Source: Ascidiella aspersa
Taxonomy: Eukaryota
NCBI GenBank assembly: GCA_963924565.1
Contig: OZ004609.1
Location: 6,634,001-6,698,000 of the forward strand
Length of the DNA stretch: 64,000 bases
Direction: 5' to 3'
In this document: positions 24,518 through 37,108 of the stretch, in pieces
Layout of the letters: each line of letters begins with the position of its first letter
Position numbering within the stretch: the first letter of the stretch is position 1
Translations under genes and position numbers: made by a program
Notes under the pieces: model-generated
What the model saw: only the letters and a program-made list of their open reading frames with translations
What the model was told of the DNA's origin: nothing
Database searches by the model: none

Positions 24518-26925
24518 GCTAAAAAGAGTTTTGCGTCATTTCCGCAGCTAAAAGCATTCCTAACAAACTGAAAGTCACGTCTAAGAACCTATATCCTTAA
24601 GGTGGCAAATTATCGCATTTTCATTCTTAAAACAAATGCTTTACGGCACTAAAGTAGAGGGGAACATGCGACAGTTTCTTAAAAAAAACACTTTGATGGA
24701 GCCTACTGTTTTTTGCAATAAATTATTCCTTTCAATATTTTTTTTACTCTGTTTGGTTGTCTTTCATTTTATATAGACCTAAATCATCTAAATTTTTAAG
24801 GGAAACGGGTCAAGAACTTATTATTACATGGAAATAATATTATAGGAAAACCCTGGAAATAAAATTAAATTATGAAAAATGCATTTTATCCTGAAAGAAG
24901 TGTTATTAAACACTGGTTTGATCGGGCGAGCTATTATTTGGTAAGGAATAAATTTAAGGCAATCTATTCCTTACCGAAACGATAAAAGAGCATTTCACAT
25001 CACTAAGATAGGAAACCTTGCCTTGGGTTGTTCTTAATCCGTCACATGGCATCTGTCAGTTTGGGAATCAAACGACAATAGGCGTTTAATTTTACGACAT
25101 TACCACAATAAATACCTGTCTGGCACCGTATTATATAACACTATAAACAAGAAGCAAATTAAGCGATATAATCAACATTGTAAATTAAAAATACAGCAGT
25201 CGGTAAAATCAAACATTGCAATTAAGCGCTTAAAAAAAACCTAATGAACAAAGTGAATTGAACTTTTATGATTATTGTAAGTAGCAAAATTATAAATATA
25301 AAAACAAGTTCTATAAACGCACAAAAACTGACAAATACTGATTATCTGTCCAATCTAAGCGATTATATTGCGCCAAATTGCTACCGGCAAAATACATGTT
25401 TTTTTTGTTTAATTACCAGCGGGGCTAATATTTAAAAGCAACATCCAAATTTTAAGTTTATCGCTGTTGCGCTTTCATGATTTGTGCCAGGCAAGTTTGT
25501 CAGTATCCCGGAAAAACGACTCGGTGTGTCGGTTGTGGTGAACAATCTGCCACCTTTTCATCCACGGTCCGCCGATTTCAGGCGAAATCACGCCGTGTTC
25601 TTCTCTCTACAAAAATGTAGGCAATTAAAAAAACAATATTGAAACAACCGTTCTCGCTAAAACGTACAAATTCAAGGACAAAAACCTATTCCAGTGGTTC
25701 GCAGCCTTTTTCGACTCTTAAGCTCCTTTAGCCGTTATTTAAAACTAAATTCCTCAAATATTGGGTTATTTGGTAACTTTTATATTAGAATTCACTGAAC
25801 AAGGTAATAATGCTTCTGAAAATGCCTAATCAAAACCTAAATTATCGCATTCGGTCAAGTTTTGCCTGCCTTGCTTTTTCCAACATTAGTTCCACTATCA
25901 TAGGAAACGCAATAAAAAAAATACTAGCTGCTAAAGATAAAGAGACAGTTGGAAGGAAAGACCCTACAACTGTAATTGGCCTTACTGTAAAACGCGTTGT
26001 AAGAAAAACACTGATATGTAAAGTTAGACTATGTTTGCAAAAAAATACATAAATATTTATTCTATGAAAGTAAAGCTGTAATTCTGGTCATTAATCATAA
26101 TTAACGAATGTTCCAGCTTTAAATTAACGGATCAATTTTATTTTGATTTTTACTTTATTTGAATAAAAGATTTGAGCCAACCAGCCGTTCTAATAAACGC
26201 AGTTTTTAACCCATCCCACCTTGCGATATATTATTACAAGAATTTTCTACTCGTATATTTGAAAAAACGCAAATCCAATGTTGATAGTGTATAAGGTGAA
26301 CGTACATAGAAAATCACAAAGGTTAAAACGTGATTCAAAGCAACCTTTTATTAAAATACTATAAGGTTTAACAACTGACCACTTTTACCATCTGCATCTC
26401 GCTTCGGTTTAGGCCGGCCATATCAGTCCAATCGATTTTATAATCTTTCTTGGCGCTGGTTCTCATCAAGAAGTTTTCCTTCAGTCCGTAAAAACCGTTC
26501 GGCTTGTCCGGCCTCTGCCATCTTAGGTCAAGGCCCAAGCGAATTATTTCAGATCGATTCTCCAAGCTACAAAAAGTCAGCAATAAATCAGAAACAAATC
26601 TGTGTTTTAAATTGTGAATTTAGATAATACCAGCAAAGGTCAGGACAAAGCCTAAATATACAGCCCATACTTTTGACTATCAATCGCAATACACGCCCAC
26701 GTTCAGCCTAGGGCGTCTTATAACGCTCTGCACACCAACGTTCGGCGCCTATGACCATGTGCATGTGTTTTGGTAATAAGTTTCATTTACAACGGGTGAA
26801 AAGATAAAGCCGGAGTGTTAAAAAAAAGGTTTTGATTAAGTTTGCAATGAATTAAACCATTTAAGTTTACAAAAACACACATAATTACTGTTAAGCTTAA
26901 CTAAACGAAGGGTGTTCCTGTAGAC

Positions 26926-27073
26926 CAGTGGTTCTCAACCGGGGTGCCGTTTCTGATGCCTAGGGGTGCCAAGAGATATTTAAGAATCTTTAGGAATCTG
27001 ATTTGTGCTCAACTTTTTGTGTAAGATTAGAGTGAAATTTCTGAGGGGTGCCGCAAGCCATAAGAGGCCACTG
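26926..27073. mobile_element. hAT-like MITE
   Basis: cagtggttctc...gaggccactg; perfect TSD ctgtagac; related to 45271-45551. Confidence 0.85.
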
Positions 27074-27437
27074 CTGTAGACAGTAAGGCCTCAAATCTTA
27101 AGTGAAAAAAAAACATTTATAAAATTAAATCAAGTTTTAAATAAATGTGTTCTAAGTATCAATCCTATAGTAAACTATCCAATCACCTTCATGCCAGGGA
27201 ACAGTGGCTTGATCATTGTGGGGCGTCTGCAACGAAGAACAAAAAGAATCCGGGTGAGAAGACTACATTTTAAAAAATCATTATTAACATGCAATATCCA
27301 CACAAAACAACTTTAGACTTCAGTCATTATTTTCAAATGACCTGACTTAGTTAAGTCTTTTGATCAAAATAACTTGACTTTATTTGACTGGAACTTGAGT
27401 AATTTCCAACTGACTTGTTTACAACATTGCTTTATAT

Positions 27438-27915
27438 CAGTGATTCCCAAACTTTTTTTCTCGCGTACCATTTTGTGCTTACGTACAGTGTTCATGTACC
27501 ACCTAAGTTACATCCGACTAGAATATCTCAAACTACAACTATTTTGGTATATAGATAAGAAAATGAGCATGTATCTGTATTAAAGTTCAACAAATGTCAT
27601 TCCAAGAAGACATAAACGCCATAAATTAAACAAAACACAGCAAATAGTTTTAATGCGATGGATGGAGTTGTTTTTTCTCCACCAGCTGCTAACAATTAAC
27701 GTTTTATTATCTTGAACAAGATAAGTGTTACGTCATAAACATGTGAAACCTCAAATTAAAGGAGCTAAAACGAAACAATGCAAATTACCCAATCTGAAAG
27801 TTTTAAAAGTTGAAAGTTTTCGGAAATTTATATAGATGCTTTAAAAAATTTTCGCAAGATTTATACGTAGTCGCGTACCACCGGTGGTACGCGTACCACA
27901 GTTTGGGAACCACTG
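27438..27915. mobile_element. hAT-like MITE
   Basis: cagtgattcccaaac...gtttgggaaccactg; perfect TSD ctttatat. Confidence 0.88.
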
Positions 27916-28051
27916 CTTTATATAGATAGCTGGGTAAGATTTTAATGACCTACCTTCATATAATGCATACCAAAGCAAAACCCTGAAAAATTCAGATGCT
28001 GTCTTATTTTCTAATACTTTATATATTAACAAAATACTAAAAACAATTAAC

Positions 28052-28170
28052 AACTTGATAATAAATTGCAAAGCCAAAAAGTTGAGTAGATCGACAGCAT
28101 CTTGATTAAGACGTTTCGATACGAGCTTGCATCATGTTCAGTTGATATGATTGCAATTTATTATCAAGCT
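28052..28170 (-). mobile_element. ORF-less Penelope-terminus mini-element with hammerhead remnant
   Basis: Homologous to 8096-8192 (hammerhead box CTGAACA, mutated), closed by an inverted tail ttgcaattttattatcaag. Confidence 0.8.
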
Positions 28171-28528
28171 ACATTACAGATTCGTGCATAGTGTACCCAA
28201 ATTAACAACTTTATGCAGTAAAATCAAATCACCTTGGTTCTTAAGTTCCATACTGGGTTTCCAGCGATATCCGGTCCGATGATTTGCTCCAGTACATTTA
28301 GCAGCTTATTCTCGGACCATAGGTCACGGTACTCTTGTGGTAAAATTCCCAGCTTGTGCATGATCACCGAGGCACCTTTGAACTCTTTCTCCAAGTTAAT
28401 GAGATGTGAGTTGAAGCCTTTGTCTTCATGCTTATCTGCAAATTTTCATTATTTTTTTTAATTATACTTGGTTTAAAATACGTTTTGGGTCAAATTTAAT
28501 ATTTTGCCAACAGAATCTTGCCCTCTAA

Positions 28529-29000
28529 CACAACACAAAGTACACCGAAAAGCCATCGCAGACTCGCCGAATCTGTCGATCTATGATGCAAGCAGTGCAA
28601 GCCAGAAAAACAACTGGCCTGCAGTGAGGTTCAAACTCACGACCTCCGGTCAAAAAAAAAGCCGGGACCGTCGCTCTACCAACTGAGCTATGCAGGTTCA
28701 GAAGGGAACGAGTCGAGAAGCAACCATGCGCCAATACTTGCACATTTTGTTAGTACAAGCAACTTCACACTGGGGGATCATCAGTCCGTATCAATCAATG
28801 AAAGACACACACAAACATTTTTCTGGCTTACTCTGCTTGCATCATAGATCGACAGATTCAGCGAGTCTGCGATGGCTTGTCGGTGTACTATTGATACGGA
28901 AGCCGTAATCGTTGGTCATAAAGCAACTTCCGAGGGGATAGATCACAGATGTTATTAAACACATATGTTTGTGTGTGTCTTTCATTCACAACACAAAGTA
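28529..29000. mobile_element. tRNA-containing non-autonomous retroelement with internal inversion (copy 2)
   Basis: TSD cacaacacaaagta (28529-28542 / 28987-29000); inverted repeats ~28539-28595 / 28833-28889 and ~28797-28818 / 28965-28986. Confidence 0.82.
28615..28697 (-). other. tRNA-derived sequence (Pol III A/B boxes) inside the retroelement; not a functional tRNA gene
   Basis: CCTGCA-TAGCTCAGTTGGTAGAGC-GA-CGGTC..GACCG-GAGGTC-GTGAGTTTGAACCTCAC-TGCAGG-CCA; the anticodon loop is replaced by an oversized T-rich loop. Confidence 0.75.
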
Positions 29001-29092
29001 GTGTGACTAGAAAAGGAAAAATTACTCTTGGAATATTAATATTTCCTGGTTAGGTAATAAGCATGATGAACAATTACAGTAGGGGTCTAACA

Positions 29093-29350
29093 CAGAGGTT
29101 CTCAAACAGTATGTCTATCAAAGACATTAATATTAAATCAATATCAAAAACATTAATATTAAATTTCCATTCGAACTGATTGATTACGACAAAACTGCAG
29201 CAATCTATTATGGTTTCCTGAAAAAATCAACTAAATTAACTGGTTTTAAAATCGTAAGTAAAAATTAGCAAAATTCCTATCACTCGGTGTGTCGCAAGAC
29301 CAACAAACTTTTCCAAATGCATCGCAGAAAATAAAGTTAGAAAACCACTG
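29093..29350. mobile_element. Decayed hAT-like MITE
   Basis: cagaggttctc...aaaaccactg; TSD gtctaaca/ctctaata. Confidence 0.6.
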
Positions 29351-32218
29351 CTCTAATAGAACACATCAGGTCGGTGGCAGATATTTCTAAATTTATATGC
29401 TTGAGAAGCTCAGCACTTGAAACAAAAGCTAGCCAACAACATGCTATAAACTTATACTAAGCATTTTCTGGTGTGTTGCAACTTTGGATTTTTAATGACA
29501 GTATGTTTTAGTTCAATAACTTTGAATAAATTGCGGTGTTTGACCTGTATTCAATCACACTGTCTGTCTTGTATGTTTCAGCTCTTCAATGACAGAGGAT
29601 AAACCCCAAAATAAAAGACCGATCAATTTCAACGAACACTTTTTTGCATGGAGAAGTATTGGTACAAGTCTGTGGTTTAGGAACACTGGATTATTGGATG
29701 GCACAAAAATGCATATAAACAATTATAATAAAATGATTAATCAACAAAAATTGCATACTTTTAATTTTTCCTGCTTTATATCGAAGGTTGGCGAGTTGAT
29801 CGACCAGTTCGTTGGTGGCTTCCCGAACTATGTCCAGTCAATGCGGGTCAAAAAAGTCTTTGACCAAAATGAAACCCTTATACAAAAATATGCACATGAG
29901 GATACAAAGTCTAATTAGTCATAAGCAAATCTATGTTTATTAAATACTTGGTTGGGTAAAGTCACAAATATAAAGGGGAAATTTAAAACGGGGTTCTACA
30001 TCAAAGATAGCCAAACCTTTCAACTTGCAAATCACGTTTTAATTTCAGTTGTTAAGTAGACTGTTAAGAGAACAACACAGAAGAATTTTTATAAACCTAG
30101 TCACAATGATTTGTATTATAAAGTTTCAACAAATTTTTGTAAATTGTTGCAATGTGATACTTACGTGCGGCCCACCACTTACTCTCACTTTCAGTAGCCT
30201 TTATTTAAAACAATTGTTTCGACTATTATCAAAACGTGTAGAATGCGCAGTATTTAATAAAAGCCAAATCTCATATATTTTCTGAGACTATAATCGAGTC
30301 TAATGTCGCATTTTAACAGCCATCGAAAGGTTGTGCAGCCATCATTGTTAAGCAAAGTGTGTGTATTTCTAAATGTGTGCTTTTGCTGATTGTTTTAAGG
30401 AAGTATATCAGCCCAAAGCTGTGCATGATACTACATGTAATCTCAATTTGTCTAACATTTACTTGCATATTTGCGCACGAGTTTACTTTCGAAGAGCGGA
30501 TGTTTATCAGTTAAGTTATATTACGACGTCACGAAATGACGTGTACCGTATGACGTCACCCCCTTTAATTTAATGGGTTTTGCGGCCCATCTTAATTTTC
30601 AAAGTGGCAATTTGCAGCCCATTCTGTTAAAAGGTTGGACATCCCTGGTGTAGAGTCATCATGAATTTTTATCACATTAACTAAACCGTGTTCAGCTAGG
30701 GAATTGTATAAAATAAAGTTGTTTCAAAAATATACAAAAATATAATAAGTAGCTCTACAAATAATTTGGGCAAAAATATTAAACAAAATCCTAAAAATAG
30801 TTATATCTTTCGGCCTCTTTATATAAACATGCATAATTTGACAGTTTTCAAAAACCAAAAAAAATGTATTAAATAAAAAAATAAAAGTTGAAATAAAATT
30901 AAAGTTAATTAATGGAGGAAGCAAAGTAGACATTAACTTGGAAATAATTGTAACATATATACAGAATATTGATAAGCTAACTGCACTCTCATCTCAAACT
31001 ACATAAAATTTGATCGAAATTGAATAGTCACACCCCAAAAGTTAATTTGAAACCTTATCAAAATAATGGTCCAGTTGTTCTGGGGTCAGTTGGCCACATT
31101 TCTTTTCCTTGGGTTGCGTTGGTCGGTGGGAGTAAATTCCAGGAATTGGTTCCTGTTTCACATGTAGAAACGCAAATTCATCTTCAGCAGCATTTTTCTC
31201 TGTATTTTGTTTCTTTACGTCTTTGTTCTCATAGGCCGTTTTTTAACGATTTCGTTTACTCATTATTTACAGGTGTATAGCACAAAACACAAAATAAAAT
31301 CATAAAAAAGCTGCACAGCAAATGTATTATATACATTAATATAACAATGATTGCATTTAAACAAAAGTCAAGCTTGTAAGCAGAAAAGCTAACACATGAA
31401 CACACATAAATCGCTTAGGTATAATTTTTTCCTAAAATTGTTATCATAATATATTTTTATTGTGCTTTTGTTTGTTTTTTGTGCTGTGTAGCTTCTGGTG
31501 TTATATAACTTCAGTAAAATAGTAATTCAAATTACGGGGGTTTATATTGCTCACAATAGTTGGGTTAGGGTCAGAGTTAGCGTTTGGGTGGGTCAAGTAT
31601 TATTATTATTTTTATTCTTACATATTTATGCCTTTCTTGTAATTTCGTTTTTAAGAACTTATTTCACTAGTGTAAAAATAAACGTGGTAGGATTTTAGAC
31701 CAGCTCAAATTACCCATTTAGTTAAGCTATCAGTATCAACCTGACTGAATCATACTCTTCTATACTGCATCTTTTAACTTAACATTAAATGATACAATTT
31801 AGAACTACATTCTATCCTCAGAAATCAATTTTTGTAGGAATCGGAGTTAAAAAACATATTAGTAATGTAAACAACATTAGAGGGTTTTTATAATATGTTG
31901 CTAAGTCTAGCAAATTTTATTTTTAAGAGGTTATTAGTAAATATTGTAAGTATGAAACATTGTGTATTAAAAGTTATTTTAGATTAAGCAATGTAACAAT
32001 ATTATTTTAATTAGTCAAACTACTTAGAGGCCGATAAGTTAGCACACTTTTTTTACTATAACAATAGCTATCGTGCAGCTAAAAAAGAATGCAATGCTGC
32101 TAGATATTTTTTATTTTAATTTAGTTACAGCAGCTTTCAACACAAAGCCTACCGAACAGCTTTGCTTGGTCGTTTTCGATTTCCTCAACTCATAATTAAA
32201 TTGGGTATAAAGAAAAAA

Positions 32219-32421
32219 GGCGCTGGTCTAGAATCCTACCACAACGTTGAAATAAATATTAAGCAATGCATAATATGTGGGTTAGGGTGTCGGTTAGTGT
32301 TTGGGTGTGGGTAGGTCAAGTAATATTGTTTAACACTATTACTGGACTCACCCAAACCCAAACGCTAACCGGCACCCTAACCTAAATAATGTTCGTTGTG
32401 GTAGGATTCTAGACGAGCGCC
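32219..32421. mobile_element. Fold-back MITE with GG-initiated TIRs (Merlin- or Mutator-like)
   Basis: ggcgctggtctagaatcctaccacaac / gttgtggtaggattctagacgagcgcc; internal inverted ggttaggg-containing arms; 8-bp TSD agaaaaaa; partial relative at ~31495-31706. Confidence 0.8.
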
Positions 32422-33519
32422 AGAAAAAATCTTTGATTGTGATATTGTTTCGCAGGTTAATTGAAGTCCAGAGGTTCACCTGGCAAGCTGGCATACGTAA
32501 CCGAATCTAACTTGCAAACTCGGCTAGCAAAAGTATAAGTAACGCAACGCATTGCACACGTGAATTTTCTATGCACAGTCCGTCAAACATTTTGCACGCT
32601 TCATTGACCCTACATTTTAATCGCTGATTTGTACATTGTCGACGGTATTTTAAAAACTCACAATTTTCGGGTAGTTTTGGTATTTATATCGCGCGACATG
32701 ACGTGTGATTAGGGTGCCGTTTTAAGATAAAGGGATGTTGAAATAGAAATAACTACGTAACATTTAGTTCCTGGTCGTCAAATTTTAAATAGATTTTATT
32801 CTCACAGCAGCTGTCTAGCTACTTTAATTAAACTGAAGCGCCCGGAGTCACAACTCTAACAAACTTGTAGCTAGTATCTCAAAACAACTAGTACGGTAAT
32901 CCATGAGTGTAGCTAATGATAAACATATGCGTTACGTTATTTGTTACAGCCACATGCCAATTTTAATGAAGCTTCTCCCATGTTGACAAAGCCGACCACT
33001 ATGAACTCATTATCAATGCTTCAAAAGCAATTAAAAAAGACTAACTGAGCTTCAATTTTGGAAATCTTATGTTGTGTAGGCATAATTGAGTGTCTAGTGT
33101 CAACAAAAAGTTTTGGGGTTTCATGTTTTTATCTATTTTATTGACATATATAGCATGCTAATTTTGCACTTCTAGGCGATTGTTTTAACCACAAAATATA
33201 TATTGTCGTTCTTAACATGTGTATTCCAAATCATGCAAATATACATTTTAAATCAGTATTTTGTATTGAAAGGATCATAACTCTAAATTACATCGCATAA
33301 TAATATATAGCCTACAAACGCTGGGTGTTACACAGGATATGCACTCCTTTTCCTCATCACTCACTCGTAGTTTCTGTAAAATAAAACCAACAATTTTTTG
33401 ATAACTTGTAGCCTAAATCTTGAGTTGAACACAATTGAATGCCACCAAGTAAAAACATTTTTCTATTATAGTTCATAAATATAATCATTTGGCGACTAAA
33501 GGAAAAGTTTTCCATAGGC

Positions 33520-34083
33520 CAGGAGTGGGCAACGTGCGACCCGCGGGCCGCATGCGGCCCTTTTCAATTTTTTGTTCGTCTCTTCACCTTCTTCCAGCTA
33601 TTTTTCAATAAATAAGGCTATGAGTGTGCACCATGTTGGAACTTTTGCTCTATCAGTTTCCTGTTTAAAGTGCGATGTAACCCATAGGCTAATGTAGTTA
33701 AACTCGAATGGGAAGGATCTATAACAAAACAATCCTCGTTCATAAAGTTTTACTTGTGTCACGTTGTTATGATAAATAACTGTTTTGCAACAACTACACT
33801 TGTCTAGTACAGTCAAGTAACAGACTTTTGCCACGCACATTGGGGCTGTTAATTAAATTGTACTGAGCCGATCCGTACGAAGGCGTCATTGGAATTGTAG
33901 GAAAAGTTATTCCCGAATCCACAAGTAGACAGCACTGACAAAACTGCCGTAGTTGTAGCCTAGTATCCCATAAGATTTTTTAGTAAGAGCTGAAATATGA
34001 ATTAGTGTTTATTTGATTGCGGCCCTCCTGTAAGCATTACATTTCCTAACTGGCCCTTGTGTTAAAAAGGTTGCTCACCCCTG
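33520..34083. mobile_element. hAT-like MITE
   Basis: caggagtgggcaac...gttgctcacccctg with subterminal gcggccc motifs; partial TSD (ccataggc/atctaggc). Confidence 0.75.
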
Positions 34084-34674
34084 ATCTAGGCTAAAACTGA
34101 CAGGAGATTTTTTGTAAATCATTCAGCCACTTTAAATATTCAACAAATTTATTCAGCAACTCTCTATGCAGGATGGTGGATTTAACCAAACCTACTGCAT
34201 CAAAAAGTAACATTTTAAATGAAAAAATAACTTTACAATGTGGAATTGTATAAATGACTGTTTAAACAAAAAACTCGAATAGCATGTTGGTAAGAACTAT
34301 ATAAACTTCCAGGGAGAAAGTTCTGGGTGTCTTCACAAATGTTTAATCAAATCATATGATCGGAATAATCATTAAATCGCAGATTAGTAGCGGCAAATAT
34401 TGCAGTATCATAAATACATCCATCTAGAGTTTATTTCTGTATATAACAACTGGTTGTTTCTTGGCCGCAATTTCAACTAATGTTCACTTCCGTCAAGCAA
34501 ATGTGAATGTGAAACAAATGTAAAGCGGAGCGCAAGCAAATGTAAACGGTGCTAGTACCGTAATCGGGTCTCACATAGAAATTATGCTGCTACTAGTAAA
34601 ACTCCAAGTGACAATGTTTCAGCAAAAACTTAAGCAAAACGCCGTAACAAAAGGCACACAACCACCCACTCAAC

Positions 34675-37108
34675 CTACTTGATCCACTCGTAATCGAGTT
34701 GGTAGACTTCATTAGCCCATGGGCCACCTTCCCCGTCATGACTACAAGACCCGGACGCTCCATATTTCTTGTAGGTCAGCTCAGCGTTTCTAGCCCCGGC
34801 GCACCATCCACCGTTCTGCACAGCGATCATGGTGTAGCCTCGGTCGAAGGCTGCGGCCACGCACTTACTAATGGCGTCCTTCCTCTTGCTGTACTCCCCG
34901 TCCAAGTTGACGTCCAATTTCTCGAGGGCCGGAATCGCCCTTGTCGAAGTATCCTTCCAGCAGCCCATCTTTCTAGTGTGAACTGAAACGATGTCAATTT
35001 TAGGTTATTAGGCGAAATAACAATTAAGAAAAAGTCTGTTTTTTGGAGTGCTACGTTTATTCTCAATTCATATTATCTAAAAACGCTGCTTCGTACAATA
35101 GCTCTACACGTTTCTTGTCGTTTTTTGCCAGGCAGGTTAATCGTACATACCCGATATTATGGACATTTATTGCGACCGATCGGAATGACGTCATAAATAT
35201 GCTCAAACTAGCAAAACAGTTGTAGATTGTTAAGGCTAAAATTTGCTTTAACATTTACACATTTAGGTAGACCTTCAGTGGCTAACCTACTATACTTTTT
35301 AAAGAATTAGATTTTTGATTAGAAATAACTGCGATGGACGTGCGTCGTTGACACTCCTGCCAGGCGAAAAACTAAATCAAGACCGTGCAATATGTGTGAT
35401 TGATTTTGGAAGAATCATAAACTATCAACAGCGCAGTTTCCTAAGTTCCATGTGCGGGACTAGCGTTAAATTACAAGCACGCCTTTCGCCACGTGCATTA
35501 CTAAACGAAGATCGTTTTTCCCCGGGTGTTATTATGTCACAATTAGCACAACATCTGCGCCAAGCAATGTTCCAAGTCAGTTAAAATACAAGCTGCGGTT
35601 GAGGGAAAATAAGTTGTGTCAACTGCACACTAAACAAATAAGGCAAAAATTCCAAAGTTAATTTGGTATGGGATCAGCACTGAGCCACGTATCATATCCG
35701 AGTAACGATACGGTATCGGCTTTGATCCGATATTATCAAATTACCCTATCTTGAAGTAAGGAAACTCGATTGTACCTTTTCCAATCGACTTAAGCTCGTA
35801 GACCTCGTTGGCCCAGGTTCCTCCTTTACCACCGCTCGTACAATCGGTCGAGGCTTCATATCTTGCGTAGGTGGAACGGGCGCTAGTTGAGCTAAAGCAT
35901 TGGCCGCCATCCTGAAAATTATAGTCAAATGCCCTAAACCCAAAGAAATTGTGCCAAACTGTAAAATTATTCGAAGACATAAAAAAAAGTTATTCTTTCT
36001 TTAAAAATGAAAAAATACAATTATTGTTTTTAAAATAAATATTGTTGTAATAAGTATTGCTTTACAGCAGAAATCACTAATTTTTTTTCAAGGACGTGAT
36101 AACCGGAAAACCTGACGAAGGCGGGCCGAATATAAAATTTTGAACAAAAAAACTGAATTAACTCAATTGTAGTTAGAAAAAATACTAAGAAAACGCTGAT
36201 AACTGTTTAATAAAGCTGTAATGACCATATCCTTCAGTTTTAAATTTCATTAAATTTAAGTAAAAAATGTGTTATCTCAGTTGTCGTTAAGGAAGAAAGT
36301 GTAAACAAAAATAAATAATTAGATAAAAAAAATCAAAGAACCTTCATGAAACTCTACTTCAGTTTAAAATTTTCTGCACAGTAGTTTGGTGAGCCCTGTT
36401 ACAGTATAGCTCACCTGCACACCGAATACTTCGCCGTGGTGCTTAAAAGCAGCTTCGGCGCATTTTTGAATGGCCGAGGTCCTTTCGCCATAATTTCCAG
36501 TGAGACCGTACTTGCCCTCCAAAATGGAAATCGCTCTTTCACTTTTGTCTTTCCAACAGCCAAGTTTGCGATATGTTGCTGGAAAAGCAAAAAAACGAAT
36601 CTTAGTATATAGGTAGAGTTTTAGAAATGATCGCCGCATTTAGTGTTGTAAACAAGTCATTTTCAGACGACTTAACTCCCTTTCAATTCTTTTGTGTAAT
36701 AACTTAAGTCCAAATCAAAGTATTTGCATTAAGACAAAGGGTTACATTTTTTGATAAACTGGTCTAATCCTAAAATGTATTTTGAGTAGCAAACAACAAC
36801 CGAAAACTTTGGCAAGCATTTTTTTACAAACAAAAATTCGGTGAAAAAATAATCAAATTTTATAAACAACTATTTGTAAACTATTAAGTTTAAGTCAATC
36901 AATTTTTGTTGAACAATTAGGTTATTTTGCCAATAGCATTTCTGTCACCATTTTAAACCAGTCACTTAGTCATAAAAACATAGCGGCAATTGCATATAGT
37001 GGCATAAGGTACGTTCGTTATTGTACGTCTATTACCTGGGTAGAAAGTTGTCCCAAGAGCTATTTCAATCAATGCCAGGAAAATTACAATCTTGACAAAA
37101 GAACTCAT
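34675..37108 (-). CDS. Secreted protein with two tandem WSC-like domains, 226 aa (copy W1)
   Basis: Exons 37108-37036 (signal MSSFVKIVIFLALIEIALG), 36578-36415, 35911-35776, 34982-34675 (681 nt, open). Repeat motif GCWKD..C..A..VQ(D/N)GG.C..Y..S..C...G.GG.WANEVY occurs twice. Confidence 0.88.

Larger units (their letters stand above)
25475..31263 (-). pseudogene. Inverted PhyH-family paralog, pseudogene (tail-to-tail with the intact gene)
   Basis: Exon homologs at ~31263-31054 (TAA at codon 7), ~29877-29760 (CAT TGA), ~28435-28233, ~27226-27187 (WHE), ~26566-26380, ~25606-25475. No homolog of exons 5-6 is visible in the ~620 bp between exons 4 and 7. Confidence 0.88.

Noticed and set aside
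28615-28697. Functional tRNA gene
   Set aside because: Anticodon loop is aberrant, the T-loop is mutated, and it sits inside a TSD-flanked repeat.
32278-32385. Interstitial telomere (ggttaggg)
   Set aside because: Only isolated degenerate units within the arms of a MITE.
34699-34986. Conserved ORF MVDFISPWATF.. (also 39997-40242)
   Set aside because: Antisense shadow of the GC-rich WSC-like exon 4.
36106-36140. CTGACGA-AGGC-GG-GCC-GAA hammerhead-like motif
   Set aside because: Two-nt loop, no GAAAC or cleavage triplet, and no Penelope-terminus context.
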